A stretch of 64,000 nt of DNA. Origin: Lama guanicoe. Taxonomy: Eukaryota. The stretch is from positions 4,504,167 to 4,568,166 of the forward strand of contig MU054001.1 in assembly GCA_013239625.1 (NCBI GenBank), written 5' to 3'. Positions 52,801-64,000 of this stretch are shown here, in pieces. The notes under the pieces are model-generated. The model saw only the letters and a program-made list of their open reading frames with translations, was not told the origin of the DNA and did not search any database. How positions within the stretch are numbered: the stretch's first letter is position 1; each line of letters opens with the position of its first letter. Position numbers and translations under genes: made by a program.

Positions 52801-55800
52801 TGTGACAAGTTCTGGAATGTGCCCCAGCCTGATATGACTACTCCTGATTCAAGCTTAGACAACTGGGCATTTATCACCTTCATTATATGCTGGATTTTTT
52901 TTTTCTTTCAAAGTGAATCACACAAACACTACTAAAGAACCATTCTAGCAAAGCAACAAGTGACCCAGGGTTTTTTGTGTCACACACCAGGGCAGCTGGA
53001 GGTGGTCTGGGTGGAGGTCCCAGGCCATGGCCAGGAGTTTCTAGCTTTCTGAGGGTGTGAGTCCACTGGGACCCTCTTGCCAAGTTGGTTTCTTTGCTGC
53101 CTTGTGGGTGTTCCCCGCAAAGACTGCTGACGCTTGAAGAATTAAATAATTATAATAATGACAAAATAGAAATGGCTTTCCCAGCTGAACAGAAACTGGG
53201 GAAGAAGAGGAGGTTCCCACACCCGACTTATTGTTTTTGGCACTGTGCTGCCACAGCTCCGGGGAGGCAGATGTCTGGGCCCGCCGCTGGCCTCTTTGAG
53301 TTGTGGTCATGAGGGGGCACTGGGGACCCTTGGAGAATTTCAGGACCATCTGTAGGGATTTCCCTCCCCCAAACACCAGACTGTGAACTAAGGGCAGAGA
53401 GAGGGATTCTCTTCTATTTTAACTTTCTCTGTTCTGAAGACTCAGAAGCTTCAAGACCAAGCCTTGTGGAAAGAACGCTCAATGTCATAGACACCAGTGT
53501 GGAGGCAGGGAAGACCTGGATGGTGGGTGGTTGCTGGTTAATAATCAAGATGCCAAGCCATCTCCTGACAGGTTCAGCCACAGGGCAGAGTCATTGCTTT
53601 CCAGGACAGGAGTGCCCAAGAAAACCTGGGTTCCACAACTAGATGGATCATTACAATAAAACAAAAATGCAAAAGAGAAAAAGGAAAAATTAAGTCCACT
53701 CGAACACAGAGCCTTCTCAATAGACCTGAAGCTGCTAGAAAGCAGGGGCACGTCTGTCTGTCTCAAGGGAATGCCAGTGCAAGTGGGGAATTTGCAATTT
53801 GCATTACTATCTAGAAATACTTTTGACCCTGAAGGGTGGGGAAAGAGAGAGACAGGAAGGAAAGAAAGTGAAGAGCTGATAATGGCTGTCAGGCCCCATG
53901 GCCTAGCACTCACTAGCATGAGATACTCAGGACAACCCCATGAGATCCATGCTCTCTGTATTACCATTTTGCAGATGAGAAAATGGAGGCACAGAGTCCC
54001 TTGCTCCAGGTTCTCAGGCGAGGCAATGAGGGAGGCTGGACTGGAAAATGGATCAAACTGGCTCCTAAACCTGGCTATTCCTGCCTCCTTGGGCCCTTTG
54101 CTGAGAGCTGTGACAGCTTCCCCTCAGAATTGCCCAGCTTCTTTCCACCACAGGCCCTTTACACATGCTGCTTACTCCACCAGGAACTCCGTCTTCTGTC
54201 CTCTGTCCTCTTCCCTGACTCATTCCTCCTTCTTCAGGCTCTCAGCCAGACCACCATTGTGACCCTCTGTTTTTTGGCCTCATTTACATTATATTTTTCT
54301 TTCTCAAGATTGTTCAAAAAGGTCATTAAAGAATTATTTAGGTGGACATTTATTAAAAGTCAGCCTCCCCACTAGAGAACAAGCCCTAGCAGGGAGGGAC
54401 TGTGGTCTTTCTCATGCATGGTCTTACCCTCAGTTTGGGCACACAGTAGGCACACAATGAATAAATGAACAAATAAGCAAATATAGGAATGAACTTATTT
54501 CCTGGGGTGAAACTGGGAGGTAATCGTCCCTCCCCCAAATGACTGTTTCTTACAGGCTGATGAAAATTTTCCCAGTGGAGAGTGGGACTCTTAAGTTATT
54601 AAAATGGTAAGCGAAGATCACAAATTCCAGGTTGTGTATATGCATGTGTCATTTAAAGTAAGTGTGTGTGTGTGAGTGTGTGTATAGGGGAGAAAGGAGG
54701 TCATTTGGTCACTTACTGCAAAGCACCTCTTGAACAACTCTGGAGACTTTTCAGGGCCACTAGTTTAGAAGTCACCAAAGGAATCCTATCTTCTTTTACT
54801 TTATTGTCCTACCTTGGTTTTGTCACCCACAGCCCCTCCTGCATTTACCAGCCTGTTCTGGACAAAGCCTGCCTCTTTTTGAAACTCAAAGAGTAAACTC
54901 ACTTGCTGTGTGTCTGGGGATATATCATTAGGAGCAATCAGAACTGGGTGGGGAAAGGCAGCACCTGGGGTGAGAGGTGCCTTGTACCCCTGTGAAGTGA
55001 CTCAGAAGGAAGATGCCTGTATATGTGAGCAAGGTCTTATTTGTTTTCAAAAACATTAACTTGTAATTTCTCTTGCTTTTAGGTTGATGGGTCCTCATAG
55101 TTTACAAAGGGTTTTCCTAGCCTCTCCTCCGGATAGGGCAGGAGCAGCAGCCCACTTTGCAGATGAGGAAGAAGAGACCACAGGGGACCTTCCTCATGGG
55201 GGGAGGGGCCCAGACTCCTGTGTCCCCTGCAGGAAGTAAGTAGATGGGGTATAAAGCACCACCTGAAAATGACCTTTTTATGGTCCCAGGTCACCAGGTT
55301 GGTGAGAAGCAAAGCCCAGGGGCAGGAGGCAGCTACTCTTGCCCTCACCCAATGCCCCTTGAGACCCTTTCAGTAGAAGCTACCAGATTTTTGCTGCTCT
55401 GGAATTTTCTTTAAAACAGCATATTTCTGGAAGGAGTTAAACATGAAACAAGCGTCTGAGAAAGCGGGCCTCGGCCTCGGCAGCGCTCCCTTCACTCCCT
55501 GACTGCCGCTGAGCTGGGAGACAGCAGCCAGGGCTTTCCGGGGAGGGGTGAGCGTCGGGACGCAAACATGGGTGACTGTGACGCGCAGGAAGGGCTCCCA
55601 AAACTTTGTACGCTCCTCCAGGACCTCTAGCCCTTATGAATTGGTCCCCTTGTGGATAGGCTGTCGCCTGCCCCCCATCCTGTTACCCCCACCTCTGGCC
55701 CGGGTGCCTTGCGCAGTTCCCAAGGGTGGAAAAAAGGTTAGCGCGGCGGGTCTCCAATCGGGTCTCCAACCGGCCCTCCCCGCCCGGCGACCCTTTCTTT

Positions 55801-57112
55801 CCTCCAGCAACTGCATCCCCACCGCGCTCCTTTTGTCCACCTTCTCTCTCTCCCGGCTCCTGGCTGGGCACGGTCTGCAGTCTCCAGCCTCCCAGAGAGC
55901 CTGGGAGGGAGAGCCAGGGGCTGTTCTCCGCCCCCTCCCCCTAGAAAAGGCAGCCCGCGGCGGGGGCACCCTGGAGCCGAGGCCAATTGCCCCCCTCCCC
56001 CAGCGTGTGCCATCTGCCGCCTGTCAGCCTCTCTCCGCGGGCCGCGATCCCAGGCGCCGGCGGGGGTGGGGGAGCTGCTGATTCGTCCCCTCCTTCTTGG
56101 CTTCTTCCCAGGCGCCTTGCGGCCTCTGCCCTCGCTTTGGCCCTTGGCATCCCCTCTCTTCCTAACCCCGGCCATCCCCGAGTTGCTGGAGGCGGCTCCC
56201 ATATCCCTCTGGGGAGGCCGAGATATTGGACACTCTCGGATGCAGGACCTGGGGAGGGTGGTGACCCAGGGGGTGGCAGCGCTAACGTGGGGAGGGAGCG
56301 GCCCTCAGGAATTGAGTGTCAGGAGACGTCTCTGTCCTGGCCCGTCTGGGGATACCCTCTGTCTCGCCGTGTCGGGGTGTATGCCTTGGCGACGTCGCGT
56401 TTCGCTGGTTGCCTGACTCTACCTCGGAGACCGCCTTGAGAGCGCGTGCTTGGTCTCCCCCGACCCTGCCTCAAGGCCTATCCCCGCTCCCTAGCCGTGG
56501 GGGTGCGGGGGTGGCATCTACCTCAGCTACTAGCCCAGCACGGGGTCGGAGCCCGTAGTGCCAGAGAGGCGAGCAGGGCCTAGTGGGACCGCAAAGCTAG
56601 CCGAGCGGGACGCGGGCCGGGCTGGCGGGCGGGATGGGGAACCGCGGGGCGCAGACGCCCTGCTTGGGGCGGGCGCCGCTGCCCGGCCGGCACCGGCGCG
56701 GCCCTTGGCGGGCAGTGGGTTTTTCCGTGAAAGGTTGCCCCGGGTAACTCGTCTCCGAGGGGACACAGCCCTCCCCTCTCCAAGTGGCAACTTATCGATC
56801 CGCGAGATTGATAACCCCCAGCGCCGCGCCGCGCCGCGCACCCGCTTCGCTCTCCGAGGCCTGGGGTTAGCCGGCCCAAGGTGGCGCCACTCGCCCGGGG
56901 ATGGGCGGGGGCGGGGGCGGAGGGCGGAGGGGGACGATGTCGGGTCCTTTTATTCACCCTGAACCTGGCCTTCTGCAGCTGGTGGGGGAAGGAGAGGCTT
57001 CGAAGCAACGGTTTAGGGGAGCCGCCTGGGAAAGCCTTCTCCTAAGTCTGAGCCCTTTCCGAGTCGGCTTCGAGACCCAAACCGCAACTAGTGCAAGAGA
57101 TGCAGGGACCTG

Positions 57113-57131
57113 AGACGCCCCCTGGTGGCTG
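57113..57131 (-). promoter_or_regulatory. CTCF motif, reverse
   Basis: + strand AGACGCCCCCTGGTGGCTG is CAGCCACCAGGGGGCGTCT on the minus strand; core CCACCAGGGGGCG intact. Confidence 0.75.
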
Positions 57132-58656
57132 GGGCAAAACTTTGTGTCAAGTAGGAACTGGTGTATTTCCTTTATCAATCGTGGGGGGAGGCGGTGCTAC
57201 TGCAATGTTTTGGGGTTAAAGTGTTCCTTTTACCGTCTTAACTAAGAAGTGCGCAACTAGACGCGGGAACCCTACAAATTCAGGTGTTGGGGGGGAACAG
57301 ATAAAGCCCAGTGGTGGAAAAGTTTGTGGATGTGGGGCAGGAATGGTCTTCAAACACCGATGGGTGGGCAAAATCCAAGAGGGAAAAGCAAGGTTCAGGG
57401 ATTATTCAAGTGCGTGAAGCATAATTTGCGGAGGTGGCAGTGCCAGGGCAATTCATCCCAGTTTGCACCCCCCCCCCAATTCCCTCACTTTTTGCAGTTT
57501 GTGATGCAAATGTATCTTGGCGAACCTGACAGTACGCGTAGGCCCCGTGTCTGTTCTCCCGCTCCCGGTGACGCCGGCGCGGGAATCGGGGCCCCGCGTG
57601 CCGGTGCGGTGCCCGCGCCCGCACCCTGCCTGCCGCTGCCGCCGCCGCCGCCACCGCGGTCCGGGTTTTGCGGGCGGCCGGAGCTGTATTTCCAGCGCTG
57701 TCCATCGCTCGGTGCTGTTGGCCCTCTCTCCGTCTGATCCGAGCCGGAGCAGTGCGGGGCGCCCCACGGGATCAGAGCGCTCCCCCGCCGGGACTCCGCT
57801 CCTCACATCCTCCTGCTGGGACCCGGCTACATTTCCAGCCAAGCCTGGCTTTATTATGTGTCTCTGCAGTGCAGCCCCAGCAGCCGGATCGGGAGGAGGA
57901 GAGCCAGCGACCACAAAGAAGACAGGAGCGCAAGGGAGGCTGGCGGGCGGGCCGGCGCCGGCTGGAGCGCGGAGGAGCCGGGGCGCAGCCGCCGCCGCCG
58001 CTGCCCGGGAGGACGGGAGCCCGGCCGCCGCCTGCTCGTCCTCCTCCTCCGCCGCCGCGGCCGCCACCTCCCCCTTCTCCGAGCCCCTGGCCCATGGAGG
58101 CAGCTAGCGGGGCCGGCGAATTGGCACCGGCCTGGGGATCGGCTGCGCACCGCGCGCTGAGCACCGCAGCCCGAGGGCAGGCAGCGGCGGCCCGGCGCAC
58201 GGGCTGAGCGATGCCCGGGGCACGGGCGCGCCTGCCCGCCGCCGCCTGAGCGCCCCCGCACGCCCCTTCCTCCTTCGGGGGGCCGGCGCCGGACCGAGCC
58301 GAGAGCCAGAGAAGGGGGCGTGAGCCAGGGCCCCCGAGCTGCGGCTTCCAGGAGGCTGCGGCCGTTTCGAGCCCCCCAAGTAGGCTGAGTTGAGGGATCC
58401 CCCACCCCATCCATCATAATCTCAAAATCAGGGGTTTGGGCATTTTTTAACCATTAATATTTATTATTATTTTTTGTGCGGCAGGGGATAATTTGAACGC
58501 TTTTTTTCCCCGGGGGGTACTGAGCTTCCGCGCTCCAGACCGCCTCCCGGTCTCCTCCCCCCCCGAGACCCCCTCGACTCCAGCCCCGTCCCCCCTCCTC
58601 AGATGGGTTCATTGTGAGCTCCGCACCGGGCTGCGTGGCCGGACGCCTGCAAACTT

Positions 58657-58704
58657 NNNNNNNNNNNNNNNNNNNNNNNNNNNNNNNNNNNNNNNNNNNN
58701 NNNN
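58657..58704. other. Assembly gap (48 N)
   Basis: N run next to a T14 tract in the GC-rich promoter/5' UTR. Confidence 0.99.
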
Positions 58705-59059
58705 GCTTTTTTTTTTTTTTGCATAACTCGGCTCGGCCGAGTGGCCTCCGGCCTCCCCGCGCCGCTGGGACCGCCGCTGGGACCGAGAGCCCCCGGCTGC
58801 CGCATTGCAACAGGCAGGGCCCCGGCGCGCCCCCCGGGCCTCCCCCCGCCCCGGAGCGTCCTCGGCCGGCCCGGGCCGCCCCCCCAAGGGAGGCCGCCCC
58901 GGACCTGCGATCCGCTCCCCACAGCTGCCGACCCGGCTGCAAAAAAAAAAGTTTCCGAGAGGCAGGCGGAGGAGAAGGGGGAGAAGGGCAGCTCGGAGCG
59001 GCGGGGGGCGGCGGGGGGAGCCGGCCGCGGAGGGCGACGGAGCGCCGGGAGCCCCGGAC

Positions 59060-59099
59060 ATGTCCAGGCGGAAGCAGGCGAAGCCGCGCTCGGTGAAAG
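59060..59099 (+). CDS. ZNF423: First coding exon (40 nt, phase-1 donor) of zinc finger protein 423; encodes MSRRKQAKPRSVK, the N-terminal NuRD-interaction motif
   Basis: ATG at 59060 (ggacATGt, G at -3) reads MSRRKQAKPRSVK+G, then donor AAG|GTGAGC at 59100. The peptide matches the ZNF423 N-terminus as I recall it (MSRRKQAKPRSVKVEE; paralog ZNF521 has ...PRSLK). It lies in a CpG island. No ATG seen between 58705 and 59059. Exon 2 not seen in the window. Confidence 0.93.
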
Positions 59100-62000
59100 G
59101 TGAGCGAGCGAGGCCCGGCGGAGGCGCGAGCGAGCGAAGAGGGAGGGAGCGAGGGAGGAGGGACCGGCGAGCGGGCGGGCGGCCGGGGACCCGAGCGAGC
59201 GAGCGAGCGGAGAGGAGGAGGAGGAGGAGGAGGAGGCGGCGGCGGCGGAGGAGGCGGAGGCGGAGGCGGAGGAGGAGGAAGAGGAGGGGGAGGAGGAAGC
59301 CGCGAGAGGGAGGCGGAGGCGGAGGCGGAGGCGGTGGAGGGGGCACAGCGCGGACACCCTACCCGACCGGACCCTCTCCGGGCCCAGCGCCGCTGCCCGC
59401 GGGGGACCCGGGCCTGGGGGCGCCGCTGAGGGGCCCTTGCTGCTCCCTCCGTGAGGGCCCCCGGGCTCGCGTGGCCAATCAAGGGGTGCGGGCCCGACTT
59501 GGCGGGGATTGCGAATCTCGGCGGCGGCGGGCGGGCGGCAGGAGGAAGGAAGAGGCGGTGAGAACGGGCGCCCAAGAGGCCCGCAGCTCGGAGGCAGCTC
59601 TCGCTGGGCCCCGGGCCTTGCCGCCTTCCCTCTGTCCACGCCTTGTCGGCCCGGGACTCCGAGGGCGGCGGGCGTTGCTTGAGCGCGCCCCGGGCCCCTG
59701 CCCTGGCCTCCGGGCGCCCCCTCCCCGCCCCCTGCCCAGGCCGCTCTCCCGGCACGGGCCCCCGCACTTCCTGCCTCCTCCACCGAGGCCAACCGGGCCG
59801 GGAGCCACTGCCAGGAGTTCATTGTCTGCGCAGCGCTGGCGGGACGCGGGTCCCCAGGGGAGCGCAGCGGCCGCCGTGCGTGCCCCTCGGCCGAGGGCGC
59901 CCGGGACCCGACCCCGGGCACCCACATCCTCGACACTCCGTTTGGCTTCCTGTATCGGGTCCCCGGATTGCACAAGTTTATGAGGACGGACACACACACA
60001 CATACACACATACATACACCCCTCTTCGTGTCTGCCTCAATTTCTATTTCTACCGAGAGCCCCTGGCAAGCAGAGGCCCGGGGGAGAAGCCGTGTGAGGG
60101 CAACTGAGCAACTCCCTGCCTTTCTTTCCCCACCCGCTGGACTGTCCAGGCCTTGCTGCTTTGTCCTGATTCCAGCCCCTTGAGGGTGGGTGCCCGGCCT
60201 CCTGCCCGCGCTGGGAGATGATAGAAGAGGGACAGGATGAGAGAAGATACATCCCTGGAGCCAAAAGTCCCGGGGCCCTTGTCCTCTCCCAATTCTCTTG
60301 ATGACCTCTGGCCCGAGCCCAGTTCTGCTCTGAAAAGTTCATTTCCTGCAGGCCTGCGCGGGAAGGCGCAGGGCCCCCTGCTCCCTTCCTGCCAGCCTTG
60401 CTTCTGGCTGGAAAGGCTAGGACTGAATGTGGCAAGTAGGGTCGTGAGACACCCCCCCATTGCTCTCCTTCCAAAGTCCCAGGAGATCGCTGGGCACCCG
60501 GCTCATAAGAGATTCTTCCTGTCATCTTAGAAACCGACCAACTCAGTCCAGACCCAGCCTCCTGGATGCTCCCTTTCCTCTTTTTCCTAGAGAGAAGTTG
60601 GTCTTGTTTCCCTCACCCTGGCACGCATCCCAATACGGGATAGTTTGGCGGGATCCACAGAATCAGCAGGTCTAGAGGGTATTCTGGTTGAGGGACAAGG
60701 AAACCAGAAGAGAGATCTCAAGAAGGGGGCAGGAAAACGATAGATGTTTGTCCTTTTGCTGAATAGAAGGGTTCTTGGCTTGAAGTAACATTTGATTTCT
60801 TTTCTCTTTCCCTGGCTCACTGATCACTCCTTCAAGAGCCACTTAAGGTGGCCCAGAAGAAAATGTACAATTGAAGTCTTTGGTTGGAAAAGCAGTTTTA
60901 TCTAAGTTGGGCAGTTGATTTTGAGTTAAATCTATGCAGAAAAGATTTTTCATAGAGGAAGATACAGAACTTACCTACCTCTAACCTGAATCCATGCCTC
61001 CATACTTCCTTCATTTAGAAGGCGAGACACAGAAAGCAAAGGTAGAACACTTTGCCGGGAATAGATGGGTGGGTGTTTCAGAGTCGCTGGAACCTAATTC
61101 TACAACCACTCTGTGTATCTCTGAGAAAGACTCAAGAATTGGTCTTCAGCCTTTCATGAAATGAGCCTGGACGTGAATTTTAATGAATGTCTCTCTCTAA
61201 ATGTGTATGTGTGTATGTATAGCAGACAATTCAAGCTAATCGATGGGGGAAAGACGGGAGAGTAGAAATAAGACCAGTGAAGGCATTTTGAGAAGTGTTG
61301 TAAATATCAACCACTCAGCGCCTTTTTGCCTTTAGAGTCTGAGATCCTCTGTTTCTTCCTGCAGTTCTTTGCATTTTCCAAAAGCAGCTACAACTCTTGT
61401 CTCTCACCATTTTGCTATTTACTGGGGTGAACAGGGTGGAGATGTGGCCACTTATCAAACGAGGAATTAAGGGAGAAGATCATTTGAATAGATAAGAGTT
61501 ACAGAGGGTGATGGATTTATTGCTTTTCAAGAATTGCCTCCACCCTCCCCAACCCCCCTTTCTCAAGCAATATTCAAAAGTGTGTGCTCAAGTGTGGACA
61601 GCTCAGCACCAGGTGTTTAAAATGACAAGGTCTTCACCTTTAAAGATGCTTCTTAAGGAACAGTGGTGCCTTTTAAAATTTGTTTTATTTTATTTTGCCT
61701 CCACCGCTGTGCATCAGGGCTAACGGGGAGGCATTGTGGACTTCCCCAGCCCGCGCATTCCGCTGTGAAAGTCGCTTGACTGTAGAGTGTGTAATTGATC
61801 TCGGAATGTGAAAGCCCATAGCAGGAAGGAAAGACAGAAATATAGCAATTTCTAATAGATGCTCAGAAAGTGTGATTTGAAAGCACGGGATTGCTGCTTT
61901 GAAAATCAAACAGGCCTTGGTGCAGGGGGAGTCTCACTTTCCACTCATGGACACAACCTCCCTTCTGGAGTGGGGTCACTTGTCCCCTTGGGATGTTTGT

Positions 62001-64000
62001 CCTTCTTTGGAAAACTCAGCTCCCAGGGAGGACACCCAGCAAACAGGCATGGGAGCTGGGGCAGTAGGGCAGGGGAGAGAAGAGCCTCTTTGGTTTTCAA
62101 AAGCCTTGTGATTAAAAAAACACACACACACCAAAAAACCACGAATGATACAAAAGTCACATTTTCTCACCGATATCCCCCCTCCCGACACCATTCTCTC
62201 CCTTTCTGTTTCCTGGTGGTGTGGTGAGACTGTTGTGAGATGATTTTGTTCCCTTTGATAATTTTGGCCTCATTCTCCGGGGCTCTTCCCATCAGAGCTC
62301 TCTGATGTTATTTTGGCTGATCATATCAAGTGGTTTGTTAACCTGTCTCCTTTTACCCACACTGCCTCCTCAGATCCATGAAATAGCCTGTCCATTTATA
62401 TGGAAAATTAGTACATCTTTTTTCCAGCCTCAGCTTAAAACTTTTGAATAATTGGTAATAGTGTTGATTTTCTCCATCTAGCAACTGCCTGTTAATTACA
62501 GTTCTTAATATTAATTAGCACTCAGGCTCTGTCCACGCACCCCTCAACCCCAAGATCCAAAACTACACCCAGTGACTTCTCTGTGCTCCCCTCCCAACGC
62601 CCATCTTCCTCTCTTGCCAGCCCGTACCTCCTCCAAAGTCCATCTTATAAATTTGGTGGTCTAGGGACTTGGGAACAGTGTAGTTCGCCACTGCTTGTGT
62701 TTCCATGGAAATAATTGAGATGTAATAAATAGAGGCATTCTGAGGTTACAGGTTTCTTGATTCAGCTGAGACCACATACAAGTGTAAATTGTCGAGATTT
62801 GTTTGGCTAAATGTACATGATCTTGTAGGAAGGGCAAAACAAATCCATTATAGATTCTTTAGCTTTCTGTGTGGATTGGGGCAGCTGACACTTAATGCTA
62901 ATATTTAATTCTCCCCCCACCCCCGCCACTGAAGTCACCAACTCCCAGCTTTGGAAGGGCCTGTCTCACTCTAGAAAACATCCTTTATGTCTAGTAATGA
63001 CGGCTTAGAATCTGCCACCTGTTTCCTTGCAAAAACTTGATAAACAATGAGATAAGATGGCTATCTGTCTTGGGCAGGAGGACCCTGCTAAACATTTAAC
63101 CATAAGGCGTGGAGTGTGCCTTAATGACAAAAGGTGCAAAATGCTGATGACTGTACAGCCATGAAGCACTGGGTAGAACCAGCCAGCCTTGGCACTGTGG
63201 TGGCCTGCTACAGAGCGTTAACAGAGGAGGAGGAGGGGGAGGAGGTGGAGGAGGAGGGAGAAGCAGGGGAGGGGGAAATAGCATCTGATACAGCCTTCCT
63301 AGCTGGAAACTAAGGCTGCGGGTCTGGTTCATTCTAACAGAAAGTTGCAATAATTGCTATATCGGTAGCCAACTCTTAAGCTGGTGGCTGTGGAATTCTT
63401 CCCTTGATGTAGGATTTAATAGTCTGGCAATTAGATGCATTGATTTCTCTTAACTGTTCATTTGGATGTGTAAACGGAAGAAACCTGCCACTGAGGCTGA
63501 TGGTGCAGATGTGCTGCCTGGCTCTTGGAAAAAGGCTGATTTAGATGATAGTGGCAGGAGAATGGATTCTTCAAGGCAGTGTTGGGGCCAGTTCCCTCTT
63601 CTTTTAAAATTTCTGCCCATTTTGCAGGAAAATGAACAGCAGCTGTTGTTCAGACACTGTTTAAAAATAAACAACGGTACCCAGTTATGTCTGAAAAGTG
63701 AGAACATCCTTTTCTGCTGCAGATGCCTATGGAGTGACATTTCTCTCTTTGAGTGACTGGACTGACTTGCATATTTTTGGCAGATGGTCTGTTAGGTACC
63801 AGAGGGGAAAGCCACAAAACACCTTGGCTCTGAGTTCCAGAGGGGCCTCCTGCTGGAAGTCAAGTGAGTTCCCTTTCCCCCTCCTAGGGGCCTGGAGTCA
63901 CCTAGACCACAGTGGTTCTGTCAAGTCCTAAAGAGGTATGGGGACATGGTATCTTCAACCCCTTGGCAGCTGGTGGGCTCTGCGACTTCAGTGGCTTGCA
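59100..64000 (+). other. ZNF423: ZNF423 intron 1 (5' part)
   Basis: Starts at the GTGAGC donor; no downstream ZNF423 coding exon recognised before the window end; largely TE-poor. Confidence 0.8.
59208..59342. repeat. Compound (GGA)n/(GGC)n/(GGAGGC)n low-complexity tract in ZNF423 intron 1
   Basis: Directly visible; strongly G-skewed on the sense strand. Confidence 0.95.

Larger units (their letters stand above)
55450..60400 (+). promoter_or_regulatory. ZNF423: Large CpG island: ZNF423 promoter, 5' UTR and start of intron 1
   Basis: Very high GC and CpG density, GC boxes, (GCC)n and (GGA/GGC)n runs, CCAAT motifs, no recognisable TEs; surrounds the coding exon. Confidence 0.9.

Noticed and set aside
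54960..56280. Possible ZNF423 autoregulatory sites (GCACCC-NN-GGGTGC-like)
   Set aside because: Only partial matches (e.g. GCACCTGGGGTG at ~54961), expected by chance in GC-rich DNA.
59060..59099. Assignment to ZNF521, SALL, BCL11 or ZFPM (also MSRRKQ starts)
   Set aside because: AKPRSVK is the ZNF423 continuation; ZNF521 has AKPRSLK and the others diverge earlier.
57453..60011. Long ORFs on both strands of the CpG island (437, 470, 245, 204 aa, etc.)
   Set aside because: Low-complexity Pro/Gly/Ala/Arg translations expected from stop-poor GC-rich DNA; several span the N gap; no recognisable domains.
1..64000. CRISPR array, operon or other prokaryote-type novel system
   Set aside because: Sequence is mammalian; no repeat-spacer array or gene cluster seen. 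The only RT is ordinary L1 ORF2.

Overview
Mammalian genomic DNA, most likely camelid, judging by Vic-1-like tRNA-derived SINEs and artiodactyl-type L1 3' ends. Bases ~1-55,400 are repeat-rich intergenic sequence (L1, L2, MIR, MaLR/ERV LTRs, DNA transposon relics). This part includes a young 5'-truncated antisense L1 whose ORF2 frame is still open and which sits in a four-layer nested insertion. A smaller CpG island lies at ~44.2-45.0 kb. A large CpG island at ~55.4-60.4 kb holds the promoter and first coding exon (59060-59099, MSRRKQAKPRSVK) of ZNF423, and the rest of the window is ZNF423 intron 1. I see no convincing novel gene system. The best leads are the ZNF423 cis-regulatory landscape (convergent CTCF pair, RFX X-box, Sox-Oct and EBF-type motifs, orphan NRF1-type promoters) and L1 insertion signatures (shared truncation points, inversion plus 3' transduction). 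Repeat family names come from my recall of consensus sequences, not from a search. Repeat boundaries are approximate unless a target-site duplication (TSD) is quoted.
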